DNA of 64,000 nt, taken from contig JAVBJQ010000046.1 of assembly GCA_031546905.1 (NCBI GenBank), positions 15,589-79,588 of the forward strand, written 5' to 3'. This DNA comes from Eubacteriales bacterium. Its GTDB lineage: Bacteria; Bacillota; Clostridia; Lachnospirales; JAVBJQ01. Made by a program: the position numbers and the translations under genes. How positions within the stretch are numbered: the stretch's first letter is position 1; each line of letters starts with the position of its first letter. The notes under the pieces are model-generated. The model was not told the origin of the DNA, ran no database searches, and worked only from the letters and a program-made list of their open reading frames with translations. This document shows, piece by piece, positions 27,007 through 38,291 of this stretch.

Positions 27007-28380
27007 ATGGGTTTTCATATTAACGATTTTAAATTGAAACTGTTTGATGAAGCGAAAAAGCAAGGATTTACAGATTGTGAATTGTATTTTTCTGCTGGAA
27101 AATCTTTCGAAGTTACTATTTTTGAAGGTGAAATTGCTCAATATAGCAATAGTAGTGAGCGTGGTGTTTCTTTTAGAGGAACCTATAACAACAAGATGGG
27201 CTACGCTTTTAGTGAAAAAATTGATGAGAGCGTTATTGCTATATTGATAACGGAAGCCAAGCAAAATGCAGAAATTATAGAAGAAAATGAAGTAGATGAA
27301 TTATATGCTGGCGATGGCAATTATCAAAAAGTAAATACATTTAACAATGATTTGGCAAACGTTTCAGTAGAAGAAAAAATCGAGTTTGCTAAAAAAATGG
27401 AGCAATCTGCCTTTGAATTTGACAAACAAAAAGTGGTTGGCGTCGATGACTGTGTTTTAAATTATGTAGAAGATGAATTTTATATTGCAAATTCATTGGG
27501 GCTTGAGCTTAACAACAGGGTAAATTGCTTGGTAGCGTATGTTTCTTCCAGAGCAAATGAAAATGGTCAAATGAAGTTAGGGACGGAGTTTTTTATCTCC
27601 CGTGATATTAAAAATTTCAACCTAGTGAGAATCGGTAGGGAAGCATCTGAAAAAGCGGTTTCTTATTTAGGGGCAGGAACAGTCAAGTCTGACTCTTATT
27701 TAGTTGCCCTTGACAACATTGTAATGGCAGACTTATTAAAAACATTTTTAGGAATTTTTTATGCAGATAAAGTTCAAAAAGGATTTTCCCTGTTAAAAGG
27801 AAAATTAGGAGAAAAAATTGCCAGTGATATACTGCATATTTGTGATGAACCGTTGTTAGAAAACGGAGTTACTACAACTGCTTTCGATATGGAAGGTGTA
27901 ACCGCTTATAATAAGATGGTAGTAGAAAATGGTGTTTTAAAAACATTTCTTCATAATTTAAAAACAGCGAAAAAAGATGGAATCAAATCAACGGGAAATG
28001 GTTTTAAAGGTTCTTATAAATCGTCTGTTCAAGTTGCCGCAACTAATTTTTACATTAAAAATGGGAAGGTTTCTCTGGTGGATATGTTTAAGCAAATGGG
28101 AACCGGCATTTATGTAACAGAAGTGGCTGGGCTTCATTCCGGAACAAACACAATTTCTGGTGATTTTTCCCTTGCGGCAGATGGTTTTTTCATAGAAAAT
28201 GGAAAAATTTTGAAACCAATTGAACAATTTACTATTGCTGGTAACTTTTTTGAAGTGCTTAACAATGTAAAACAAATTGGAAATGACTTACGGTTTACGT
28301 TTCCAAGTTCCGTTAGTTCCGTTGGTGCCCCATCTGTTTTAATTGACAAAGTGATAAAAGTTTCTGGTGGTGAGGCGTAA
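27007..28380 (+). CDS. pmbA: PmbA/TldE-family protein (TldD partner)
   Basis: PmbA/TldD family without the HExxxH motif, immediately after tldD. ATG at 27007 follows the RBS GGAGGAAGGGGG. Confidence 0.85.
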   Translation: MGFHINDFKLKLFDEAKKQGFTDCELYFSAGKSFEVTIFEGEIAQYSNSSERGVSFRGTYNNKMGYAFSEKIDESVIAILITEAKQNAEIIEENEVDELYAGDGNYQKVNTFNNDLANVSVEEKIEFAKKMEQSAFEFDKQKVVGVDDCVLNYVEDEFYIANSLGLELNNRVNCLVAYVSSRANENGQMKLGTEFFISRDIKNFNLVRIGREASEKAVSYLGAGTVKSDSYLVALDNIVMADLLKTFLGIFYADKVQKGFSLLKGKLGEKIASDILHICDEPLLENGVTTTAFDMEGVTAYNKMVVENGVLKTFLHNLKTAKKDGIKSTGNGFKGSYKSSVQVAATNFYIKNGKVSLVDMFKQMGTGIYVTEVAGLHSGTNTISGDFSLAADGFFIENGKILKPIEQFTIAGNFFEVLNNVKQIGNDLRFTFPSSVSSVGAPSVLIDKVIKVSGGEA

Positions 28381-28868
28381 TGTATGGCGGAATTTTTGAA
28401 TCACCTATTGGTCTGATTTTTGTTAATGCAAACCAAGACGCCATTATAGGGTTGGAATTTGTAGAAAATTTGGATCATATAAAAGTCAATGAAAATGAAG
28501 TGATAAAACATTGTTTTCATGAATTAGAAGCATATTTTAAAGGTGACTTAAAAAAGTTTTCGGTCAATTGTTTTCAAGAGGGAACTGTGTTTCAAAAAAA
28601 AGTCTGGACAGCACTTTGTGATGTGAACTATGGAGACGTGGCAAGTTATAAAGATATTGCCATTGCTGCGGGTTCTCCAAAGGCTGTTCGGGCTGTTGGA
28701 AATACAAATAATAAAAATAAAATTTCAATTATAATTCCATGCCATCGAATTATCGGGAGTAACAACAGTTTAGTTGGTTACGGCGGTAGTCTATGGCGAA
28801 AACAGTGGTTGCTATCACATGAAGGGGGATTTATCAAAAATGAAAAATATTACAAGACTCTTTGTTGA
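28380..28868 (+). CDS. ogt: Methylated-DNA--protein-cysteine methyltransferase
   Basis: Active-site 'IPCHRIIG' and 'VGNTNNKN'. The start overlaps the pmbA stop (TAATG). Confidence 0.9.
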   Translation: MYGGIFESPIGLIFVNANQDAIIGLEFVENLDHIKVNENEVIKHCFHELEAYFKGDLKKFSVNCFQEGTVFQKKVWTALCDVNYGDVASYKDIAIAAGSPKAVRAVGNTNNKNKISIIIPCHRIIGSNNSLVGYGGSLWRKQWLLSHEGGFIKNEKYYKTLC

Positions 28869-31800
28869 AAAAAAAGAGGGATTTAATGTTGAGGCAAAAA
28901 GTATATGTGCAGATATAATAGAAAACATAAACATTAAAACGTTAGAAAACATGAGAATATTAAATCGTTATGATATTGAAGGCTTATCAGAAAATTATTA
29001 TCAAGCTGTGAAAAACACTATTTTTTCAGAACCACCCGTAGATTTGGTTTATGAAGAAGAGATCCACATTTCCCATGATGAAATAATATTTGCGGTAGAA
29101 TACCTCCCTGGTCAATATGACCAGCGGGCTGATTCTGCTATGCAGTGTATTCAAATTATTACGCAAAAAGAGCCACCTATCGTTTCGGTAGCAAAAGTTT
29201 TTATTTGCAAAGGAAATTTAAGTGAGGAAGATATTCACAAGATAAAAAATTATTGTATTAACCCAGTAGATTCAAGAGAAGCAAAAATTGAAAAACCACT
29301 TACCCTGCAAATAGAAACAGAAAACCCTGAAAATATTAAACTGGTTGATGGGTTTATTGAAAGAACAGAAGAAGAAATTTATTGCTTGCGTGATACGTTA
29401 GAACTTGCCATGAGTGGAGCAGATTTGTTTTTTTGTCAGCAATATTTTAAAAACACAGAAAAAAGAAATCCTACGAAAACGGAATTGCGTGTAATAGATA
29501 CGTATTGGTCTGATCACTGTAGGCATACCACTTTTTTGACCAACATTGACACCATTGAATTTGAAGATGGTTTTTATAAACCTGTTTTTGAAAAAGCTTA
29601 TCAAATGTATTTAGAAGAAAGAAGAAATGTTTATCATGGCAAAGAAAAAGATATTTGTCTAATGGATATAGCGGTTATGGGAATGAAAGCCTTAAGAAAA
29701 AAAGGGTTGTTGGATAATTTAGATGAGTCAGAAGAAATCAACGCTTGTAGCATTGTAGTGGATGTGGACGTTGATGGAAAAAATGAAGAGTGGCTTGTGA
29801 TGTTTAAAAATGAAACCCATAATCATCCAACCGAAATTGAGCCATTTGGCGGAGCTGCAACTTGTTTGGGTGGCGCTATTCGTGATCCTCTTTCTGGTCG
29901 TTCTTATGTTTATCAGGCAATGCGTGTTACCGGAAGCGGTGACCCAAGAACATTGGTTTCAGAAACGATGGTGGGGAAACTTCCTCAACGAAAAATTACA
30001 ACAGGAGCAGCAGCAGGTTATAGTTCTTATGGAAATCAAATTGGTCTTGCAACTGGCTTTGTAAATGAGATTTATGACGAAGGTTATGTTGCGAAGCGGA
30101 TGGAGATCGGTGCTGTAATCGGTGCTGTAAAAAGAAGTAGCGTTAAACGAGAAAGACCTATTGCTGGAGATGTTATTATTCTGGTTGGTGGTAGAACAGG
30201 GCGTGACGGTTGTGGTGGTGCCACTGGTTCTTCCAAAGAGCACACAGAAGATTCTATTTTAGTTTGTGGTGCGGAAGTTCAAAAAGGAAATGCTCCTGTG
30301 GAAAGAAAACTACAGCGATTATTTAGAAATCATGAAGCTAGCTCCATGATCAAAAGATGTAATGACTTTGGTGCTGGTGGGGTTTCGGTTGCCATTGGTG
30401 AACTTGCGGAAGGGCTTATGATAGAACTTGACAAAGTTCCTAAAAAATACGATGGACTTGATGGAACAGAACTTGCCATTTCTGAATCACAAGAAAGAAT
30501 GGCAGTGGTGGTTTCAAAAGAAGATGGAGAGAAATTCATAAAATTAGCCAATGATGAGAATTTAGAAGCTACCATTGTTGCAGAAGTGACAGATAAAAAA
30601 CGCCTTGTGATGAACTGGCGAGATACAACTATTGTGGATATTTCAAGAGAATTTTTAGATACAAATGGTGTCAAGCAACATGCCGATGTGTTTGTTACGA
30701 TGCCAGAAAAACTTTTTTGTAAAAAAGAAGCAACAGAAAATATAAAAGATAAGTGGCTAACAAATTTAAAAAAATTAAATGTTGCAAGTCAAAAAGGGCT
30801 AGTAGAACGTTTTGACAGTACCATTGGTGCTGGCAGTGTTTTAATGCCTTTTGGTGGTAAATATCAATTGACACCAGAAGATGTGATGGCCGCAAAAATT
30901 CCTGTTTTAAGTGGGCAAACCACAACTGCAACTTTAATGTCTTATGGATATAACCCTGAAATTTCAAAATGGAGTACATTCCATGGTGCAATGCTGGCAG
31001 TGGTGGAATCTGTTTCCAAAATTGTTGCAGCTGGTGGCGACTACAAAAGTGTTCGCTTAACTTTTCAAGAATATTTTGAAAGATTGGGAAAAGACAAAGA
31101 AAAATGGGGCAAGCCTTTTAACGCATTAATGGGTGCTTTTTATGCTCAAATGGAACTGGGAATACCAGCAATTGGTGGGAAAGACAGTATGTCTGGTACT
31201 TTTAAAGATTTAACAGTTCCTCCTACCTTGGTTTCTTTTGCGGTTGATGTTGCAAAAACAAATCATATTATTTCATCAGAATTTAAAAAATTACATAGCA
31301 ATATTGTTTTCGTGGAAGCCAAAGTAGATGAATTGAACATTCCTGATTTTACGGAGCTTAGAAATCTGTACGAAACAATTACTAAAAACATAAGAAATAA
31401 AAATATTATTTCAGCAAGAAGTGTAACTTTTGGTGGAATTTCTGCTACTATTAGCAAAATGTGTTTTGGAAATAAAATCGGATTTGAATTAAAAGAATGT
31501 GATATAGATTTATTTAGTGAAAAATATGGTGCTTTTGTTTTAGAAATGTCGGAAAATGTTGATATAGAAACCTTATTTCATGGTTTAAATTATTGTATCT
31601 TGGGTAAAACTAATCCCGATTCAATAAAGATTCAATCCATAGAAATAAGTTTAGAGGAAGCAATTTCTGCATGGACAAGCACCCTAGAGAAAATTTTCCC
31701 TACCAACATAAAAAAATCATTTGCAGAAGACATCAACATAAAACCTTTTAGCGTTGAAGGGAAAATTATTTTAAACAAGGGAATTGCAAAGCCACGTGTA

Positions 31801-32586
31801 TTTGTCCCCGTATTTTTTGGCACAAACTGTGAATATGACACTAAAAAAGCTTTTGAAGAAGCGGGAGCAGAAGTGAAAACTTTTGTAATTAGAAATCTAA
31901 AAAATAATTGGCTCCTAGAAGATTTAAAAGCAATGGAAGCAGAAATTAATCAATCTCAAATGATTGCCTTGCCTGGTGGATTTAGCGCAGGAGATGAACC
32001 AGACGGATCTGGAAAATTTATTGCAGCAGTTTTTAGAAATCCATATATAAAAGAGGCTGTCCACCATTTAATTAAAAACCGTGATGGTTTGATGATTGGA
32101 ATTTGTAACGGTTTTCAAGCATTAATTAAGCTTGGACTTGTTCCTTATGGTGAAATTAGAGATTTAACAGAGGAAAGCCCTACATTAACGTTTAATGCAA
32201 TTGGAAGACATATTTCTTGTCTTGCTAAAACAAAAATCATTTCAAATAAATCTCCATGGCTTTGGGGCGTTAACCCATTAGACACTCATATCATTCCTGT
32301 TTCTCATGGAGAGGGTCGCTTTGTTGCAAGTGAAGAAATAGTAAAAAATTTGATTGCCAATAATCAAATTGCGACTCAGTATGTGAATGAAGCCGGTGTG
32401 GCAACTTACGACATAAATGACAACCCTAACACTTCTTTTTATGCGATTGAAGGTATTACAAGTCCTGACGGTAGAATTTTAGGAAAAATGGGGCACTCAG
32501 AAAGAATTGGAAAAGATTTATATAAAAATATTGAAGGGCAAAAAGATCAAAAAATATTTGAGTCTGGTGTAAAATATTTTTCGTAA
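28840..32586 (+). CDS. purL: Phosphoribosylformylglycinamidine synthase, single-chain large form
   Basis: 'DHCRHTTF', 'NETHNHPTEIEPFGGAATCLGGAIRD', and the glutaminase 'GICNGFQ' and 'HGEGRF'. ATG at 28840 is preceded by GAAGGGGGA. The track ORF start at 28774 is an in-frame read-through from inside ogt. Confidence 0.92.
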   Translation: MKNITRLFVEKKEGFNVEAKSICADIIENINIKTLENMRILNRYDIEGLSENYYQAVKNTIFSEPPVDLVYEEEIHISHDEIIFAVEYLPGQYDQRADSAMQCIQIITQKEPPIVSVAKVFICKGNLSEEDIHKIKNYCINPVDSREAKIEKPLTLQIETENPENIKLVDGFIERTEEEIYCLRDTLELAMSGADLFFCQQYFKNTEKRNPTKTELRVIDTYWSDHCRHTTFLTNIDTIEFEDGFYKPVFEKAYQMYLEERRNVYHGKEKDICLMDIAVMGMKALRKKGLLDNLDESEEINACSIVVDVDVDGKNEEWLVMFKNETHNHPTEIEPFGGAATCLGGAIRDPLSGRSYVYQAMRVTGSGDPRTLVSETMVGKLPQRKITTGAAAGYSSYGNQIGLATGFVNEIYDEGYVAKRMEIGAVIGAVKRSSVKRERPIAGDVIILVGGRTGRDGCGGATGSSKEHTEDSILVCGAEVQKGNAPVERKLQRLFRNHEASSMIKRCNDFGAGGVSVAIGELAEGLMIELDKVPKKYDGLDGTELAISESQERMAVVVSKEDGEKFIKLANDENLEATIVAEVTDKKRLVMNWRDTTIVDISREFLDTNGVKQHADVFVTMPEKLFCKKEATENIKDKWLTNLKKLNVASQKGLVERFDSTIGAGSVLMPFGGKYQLTPEDVMAAKIPVLSGQTTTATLMSYGYNPEISKWSTFHGAMLAVVESVSKIVAAGGDYKSVRLTFQEYFERLGKDKEKWGKPFNALMGAFYAQMELGIPAIGGKDSMSGTFKDLTVPPTLVSFAVDVAKTNHIISSEFKKLHSNIVFVEAKVDELNIPDFTELRNLYETITKNIRNKNIISARSVTFGGISATISKMCFGNKIGFELKECDIDLFSEKYGAFVLEMSENVDIETLFHGLNYCILGKTNPDSIKIQSIEISLEEAISAWTSTLEKIFPTNIKKSFAEDINIKPFSVEGKIILNKGIAKPRVFVPVFFGTNCEYDTKKAFEEAGAEVKTFVIRNLKNNWLLEDLKAMEAEINQSQMIALPGGFSAGDEPDGSGKFIAAVFRNPYIKEAVHHLIKNRDGLMIGICNGFQALIKLGLVPYGEIRDLTEESPTLTFNAIGRHISCLAKTKIISNKSPWLWGVNPLDTHIIPVSHGEGRFVASEEIVKNLIANNQIATQYVNEAGVATYDINDNPNTSFYAIEGITSPDGRILGKMGHSERIGKDLYKNIEGQKDQKIFESGVKYFS

Positions 32587-32658
32587 ATTTTCAACGTATT
32601 TGTTAAAGTTGCTGTATATTATTTTTAAAAGATTGATTTTTTAGTCATAAAAAATATT

Positions 32659-32685
32659 TTACATTGTATAGTTTTGTGATATACT
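32659..32685 (+). promoter_or_regulatory. Candidate gap promoter with extended -10
   Basis: TTACAT (32659-32664), then TGATATACT (32677-32685, TGn-extended -10). The spacer is only 15 nt. Confidence 0.4.
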
Positions 32686-32783
32686 GAACGGGTATACAAG
32701 TGGTAAAAATTTCATGTCACTTGTGATACTGCAAACGAAGTTTATATTTATTGTAGGAGTTGCAGTATCAATTATTTTATTAG

Positions 32784-33803
<1,020 letters not shown>

Positions 33804-33957
33804 TTAAGTTGAAAAACTGATAAAAAAATATTAAAATAAGGCTACTTTAAAATTACATTTTAGAGTAGCCTTATTTTTATGCAGTTTAATAAACACACTG
33901 ATTGTTATCATTTACAATAGGGAAAAGTTCAAGCAGTTCAAGAAGGGATTTGATGAT

Positions 33958-36810
33958 TTGAAATATGAGTTGATAGAAGAAAAATATTTAGAAGATATAC
34001 AAGCCAAAGGATTTTTATTTAAACATAAAAAAAGCAATGCAAACATTGTGTACATACAAAATGATGATGAGAATAGGGTATTTCATATTTCTTTTAAAAC
34101 CCCACCAAAAGATAACACAGGGGTTTTTCATATTTTAGAACACTCTGTTTTATGTGGATCTGAAAAATTTGATGTAAAAGATCCGTTTAATGAGCTTGCC
34201 AAAGGATCGCTACATACATATTTGAATGCCATGACATTTAAAGATAAAACTATGTATCCCATTGCAAGTTATAATGAAAAAGATTTTATGAACTTGATAG
34301 ACGTTTATATGAATGCTGTTTTGTTTCCTAATATTTTTAAAAATCGTGAAATTTTTATGCAAGAAGGCATACGATATGAGTTAGACGGAGAGCAAAATGA
34401 ACTAACCTATAGTGGTGTTGTGTATAATGAAATGAAAGGTGCTTTTTCCGCTCCTGAGCGTCAGCTTGTGCATATCATGAACGAAGTTCTTTTTGATAAA
34501 ACATACTCACGATTTGACTCTGGCGGAACTCCAGAAGGAATCACAGGGTTAACCTATGAGCAATTTTTAGATTGCTATAGACAATATTATGCGCTATCAA
34601 ACAGTTATATATATTTATATGGAAAGATAAATATTGATCAGTACCTTGCTTTTTTAGATGAAAATTATTTATCTCAATTTAGTAATACAGAAAGTGCTAT
34701 GTTAACAGAAAAACAAGTCCCATTTGACAAAATTAAATTTTTAGAAGAAAAATATCCTATTTCAGCGCATACAGAAGAGGCCGATAAAACAATTTATAGT
34801 GCTAGCTTTGTTATTTCAAGTTGTACAGATATTGAAGGAATGATGGGCGTTGAAATATTAAAATATATGTTATTAGATACAGAAGCATCGCCACTGAAAA
34901 GAGGCTTACTTGACAGCCAAATTGGAACTGCTGTTGAGGGGAGCTTTAATACTAGTATGTATCAGCCAACTTTTTCTGTTATATTAAAAAATGCAGTAGA
35001 AAAAAAAGAGGAACAATTTAAAAATTGTATTTTTGACACATTAAAAAATATAGCTGAAAATGGCATCGACAAAGATTTAATGGAAGCAGCCTTTAATAAA
35101 TTTGAATTTGCATTAAAAGAAGAGGACTACGGATATAGACCAAAAGGGTTAGTCTATGGAATTAATATTATGTCCAATTGGTTGTATGGTGAAAATCCCC
35201 TTGATTGTTTTGAAACAAAAAAGATTTTTGAAATTATTAAAAATAAATCAAAAGACAGATACTTTGAAAATCTAATAGAGATATTTTTGCTAAAAAATAA
35301 TCACGGTGTTTTTGTGACATTGGTTCCAGAAAAAGGATTGGAAATCAAAAATGAAAATAAAATACGTGAAAGTTTACAGGAACATATGAAAAGTTTGTCT
35401 AAAGAGGCAGTAGAAAAAATAAAAGCAGATCAAGAAATATTAAAAATATATCAAGATAAAAAAGAAACAAAAGAGCAACTTGAAAAAATACCCACACTAC
35501 ATTTATCAGACATCAAAAAAGATATGGAAAGTATAGAAAAAATAGTGGATGGAAATATTTACTACACCCCTCAAAAAGCAAATGGTATTTTCCATACTGT
35601 ATTTAGTTTTGATACAACAAAAGTACCCCAAGCATATTTGGGATATTTAGGTTTGCTAGGTAGTTTATTAGGCAAAGTAGAAACAGAAAATTATAGTTTT
35701 CAAGACTTGACCAATAAAATCAATACTTATTTAGGTAGGTTTGGTGTGAGTCAGGAGCTTTATTTAACCAATGAAAATCAGGAGTATTCCCCTAGTTTAT
35801 GTTTTAAAATAAAAACAACATCTCAAAATATGAAGTATATATTTGAAATTCTGAATGAAATTATATTTCATACAAAAGTTGACAATCATTTAAGAATAAA
35901 AGAAATTGTAAAAGAGCTAAAATCAAAAATGGAAAGGAACTTCCAAGAAAACGGTCATTTGGCAGCTATTGTGAGAGGTGCTTCCTATTTTAGCGATGCT
36001 TATTATTATATGGACTGTATACGAAATATTTCATTTTATGACTTTTTAACTAACTTAGATTTTGAAACCGTAAGTGACAAACTGCGAGATGTTTGTAAAT
36101 ATATTTTTGCAAAACAAAATTGTAGTGCCTTTGTAGCAGGCGAAAAAGAAGATTACCAGTATTTTTCAAAGGTATTTTTAGATTTTTATAATAAATTAGA
36201 TGATTGCAATGTTGAAAAACAAATGTATCCATTTGAAAATAAGCGAAATGAAGGATTTATGACAAGTTCTAAAATTTTATATAATGTAAAATTAGCAAAT
36301 ATTGATAACTTTCATTATCATGGTAGTATGCTGGTTTTAAAAAATATTATAAGGCTTGAGTATCTCTGGAATGAAATACGGGTAAAAGGGGGGGCTTATG
36401 GGGCTTCTATCTCATTAACAAAAAATGGGTTATTGTATGAATATTCTTATAGGGATCCAAATCTTGAGAAGACCTATGCAAGTTATAACAATACATTAAA
36501 TTTTGTGAAAGGGTTCAATGCCTCAGCGCAAGAAATGAGGAAGTTTATTATCGGCACAATTAACAGCCTTGACAAACCGCTTTCTGTCAATGATAAACTG
36601 GAAACCATGATTTCAAGGCATTTCGGAAAAACAACCAACGAAGATTTGCAAAAAGAAAGAGATGAAGTGTTGAGTACAACCGTTGGTAACATAAGAGACT
36701 TATCTTATCTAATGGAAGCCTTTGAAAATCAACATTATATTTGTACCATCGGAAATGAAGAGATAATTAAAAATAATGAAAGTCTGTTTCGAGAAATAAG
36801 AAAAATTTAA
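33958..36810 (+). CDS. M16C (PreP/insulinase-like) zinc metalloprotease
   Basis: Inverted zinc motif 'FHILEHS' (HxxEH), about 950 aa, four-domain clamshell size. Confidence 0.85.
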   Translation: MKYELIEEKYLEDIQAKGFLFKHKKSNANIVYIQNDDENRVFHISFKTPPKDNTGVFHILEHSVLCGSEKFDVKDPFNELAKGSLHTYLNAMTFKDKTMYPIASYNEKDFMNLIDVYMNAVLFPNIFKNREIFMQEGIRYELDGEQNELTYSGVVYNEMKGAFSAPERQLVHIMNEVLFDKTYSRFDSGGTPEGITGLTYEQFLDCYRQYYALSNSYIYLYGKINIDQYLAFLDENYLSQFSNTESAMLTEKQVPFDKIKFLEEKYPISAHTEEADKTIYSASFVISSCTDIEGMMGVEILKYMLLDTEASPLKRGLLDSQIGTAVEGSFNTSMYQPTFSVILKNAVEKKEEQFKNCIFDTLKNIAENGIDKDLMEAAFNKFEFALKEEDYGYRPKGLVYGINIMSNWLYGENPLDCFETKKIFEIIKNKSKDRYFENLIEIFLLKNNHGVFVTLVPEKGLEIKNENKIRESLQEHMKSLSKEAVEKIKADQEILKIYQDKKETKEQLEKIPTLHLSDIKKDMESIEKIVDGNIYYTPQKANGIFHTVFSFDTTKVPQAYLGYLGLLGSLLGKVETENYSFQDLTNKINTYLGRFGVSQELYLTNENQEYSPSLCFKIKTTSQNMKYIFEILNEIIFHTKVDNHLRIKEIVKELKSKMERNFQENGHLAAIVRGASYFSDAYYYMDCIRNISFYDFLTNLDFETVSDKLRDVCKYIFAKQNCSAFVAGEKEDYQYFSKVFLDFYNKLDDCNVEKQMYPFENKRNEGFMTSSKILYNVKLANIDNFHYHGSMLVLKNIIRLEYLWNEIRVKGGAYGASISLTKNGLLYEYSYRDPNLEKTYASYNNTLNFVKGFNASAQEMRKFIIGTINSLDKPLSVNDKLETMISRHFGKTTNEDLQKERDEVLSTTVGNIRDLSYLMEAFENQHYICTIGNEEIIKNNESLFREIRKI

Positions 36811-36828
36811 AGGAAAGGAGGTTTCTGT

Positions 36829-37599
36829 TTGACGAACCCCATTGGAATTTTTTTGTGTTTTTTAATCCCATATATAGCAACAGCACTGGGTGTTTTTACT
36901 GCAACCATTATCAATACTTCTTCTAAAAAAAATGAAAATATTATGCTTGGATTTGCCGCTGGTGTTATGCTTTCTGCTTCTATTTGGGGTTTGTTGCTTC
37001 CTGCTTTTGAAGGAGCTAAGGGAATGATGGGAATAATTTGGTGTACCCTTGGTTTTTTAGTGGGAATTGGTTGTATTCTTTCAATTGATTTAATACTTCC
37101 GCATATACACCCAACCTCCAATGTAAGGGAAGGCGTAAAAACAAAATTGCCACGCTCCATGTTATTGGTGTTTGCTGTTGCTCTTCATAATATTCCAGAG
37201 GGGCTTGCTTTAGGGGTAGTTTTAGGCGCTTCTGCAAAAGGTGACATTGGAAGTGGTGCTGTAATTGCCATGAGTTTAGGTATTGCATTACAAAATTTTC
37301 CTGAAGGAATTGCGGTTACATTTCCGCTTATTAAAGAAGGTTTTTCAAAGAAAAGAAGCTTTGCATTAGGACAAATTTCAAGCTTAGCTGAACCATTATT
37401 TGGCATTTTGGGATTTTTCCTTGCGGTTACGTTAAGTAATTTTTTGCCATTTCTCCTTTGTCTTGCTGTTGGTGCTATGTTTTTTGTGATAGTAGAGGAA
37501 TTGATTCCAGAGTCTCAAAGTAGTGAAAATCACTATGGTACTTATGGACTTTTAGGTGGATTTTGGATTATGACAATGATGGCTGTCGCCATCGGTTAA
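36829..37599 (+). CDS. ZIP-family divalent metal transporter (ZupT-like)
   Basis: 'HNIPEGLALG' and 'QNFPEGIAV' signature helices. TTG start follows the RBS AAAGGAGG. Confidence 0.85.
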   Translation: MTNPIGIFLCFLIPYIATALGVFTATIINTSSKKNENIMLGFAAGVMLSASIWGLLLPAFEGAKGMMGIIWCTLGFLVGIGCILSIDLILPHIHPTSNVREGVKTKLPRSMLLVFAVALHNIPEGLALGVVLGASAKGDIGSGAVIAMSLGIALQNFPEGIAVTFPLIKEGFSKKRSFALGQISSLAEPLFGILGFFLAVTLSNFLPFLLCLAVGAMFFVIVEELIPESQSSENHYGTYGLLGGFWIMTMMAVAIG

Positions 37600-37632
37600 T
37601 AGCAGAAGTATATATATAATGGGGGATTTTTG

Positions 37633-38103
37633 ATGAGAAGAAAAGAATTGGAAGTAAAGGAAGTAAATGAACTAATTGATATTATAAAAAAATGTGATGT
37701 TTGTAGAATCGCAATGGTGGACAATAATCTGCCTTATATTGTCCCGATGAATTTTGGATATGAAATGATAGATGACCAATTAACTTTATATTTCCACTGT
37801 GCAGCAGAAGGAAGAAAGATTAATATTTTAAAAAACAACCCCAATATTTGCTTTGAAATGGATTGTGAACATAAATTAATTGAAAAGGAAAATGCTTGTT
37901 CCTATACCATGCACTTCGAAAGTATTGTTGGAAACGGTGTAGTGGAATTTATTTCAGATTTTGAACAAAAGAAATATGCACTTTCCAAATTAATGAGACA
38001 ATATGCTGGTGAAAAAAGTTTTGAGTTTAATGAAAATGCGGTGAACCATGTAACGATTTTTAAAGTAGTTACAAAGGATTTTACAGGAAAAAGAAAAAGT
38101 TAA
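37633..38103 (+). CDS. Pyridoxamine 5'-phosphate oxidase-family (FMN-binding split-barrel) protein
   Basis: About 155 aa with the 'CRIAMVDNNLPYIVPMNF' pattern typical of general-stress-26/Nim-like split-barrel proteins. Confidence 0.65.
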   Translation: MRRKELEVKEVNELIDIIKKCDVCRIAMVDNNLPYIVPMNFGYEMIDDQLTLYFHCAAEGRKINILKNNPNICFEMDCEHKLIEKENACSYTMHFESIVGNGVVEFISDFEQKKYALSKLMRQYAGEKSFEFNENAVNHVTIFKVVTKDFTGKRKS

Positions 38104-38144
38104 ATTCAACGATAGCTAATCAAAGAACAACAGAACAGTATACA

Positions 38145-38196
38145 AAAAGATATGACCGTTTAACTCCCTTCAAAGTTAAGCGGTCATATCTTTTTG
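38145..38196 (+). terminator. Rho-independent terminator
   Basis: AAAAGATATGACCG / CGGTCATATCTTTT stem followed by T residues. Confidence 0.8.
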
Positions 38197-38291
38197 TTGT
38201 CAGTCATAGTTTTCATTTAATTTAAAATGTGCTATACTATAGCAGTTTAACAAAGTAAAAAGAAAAATAAAGCCAATGTAATGGGAGGTAA

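Noticed and set aside
28774-28839. N-terminal extension of purL given by the ORF track
   Set aside because: The extension is an alternative frame of the ogt 3' end. An ATG with a GAAGGGGGA RBS at 28840 gives the conserved 'MKNITRLFVEKKEGF' PurL N-terminus.
36807-37160. 117-aa minus-strand ORF
   Set aside because: It is antisense to the ZIP transporter gene, whose signature motifs are clear, so it is spurious.
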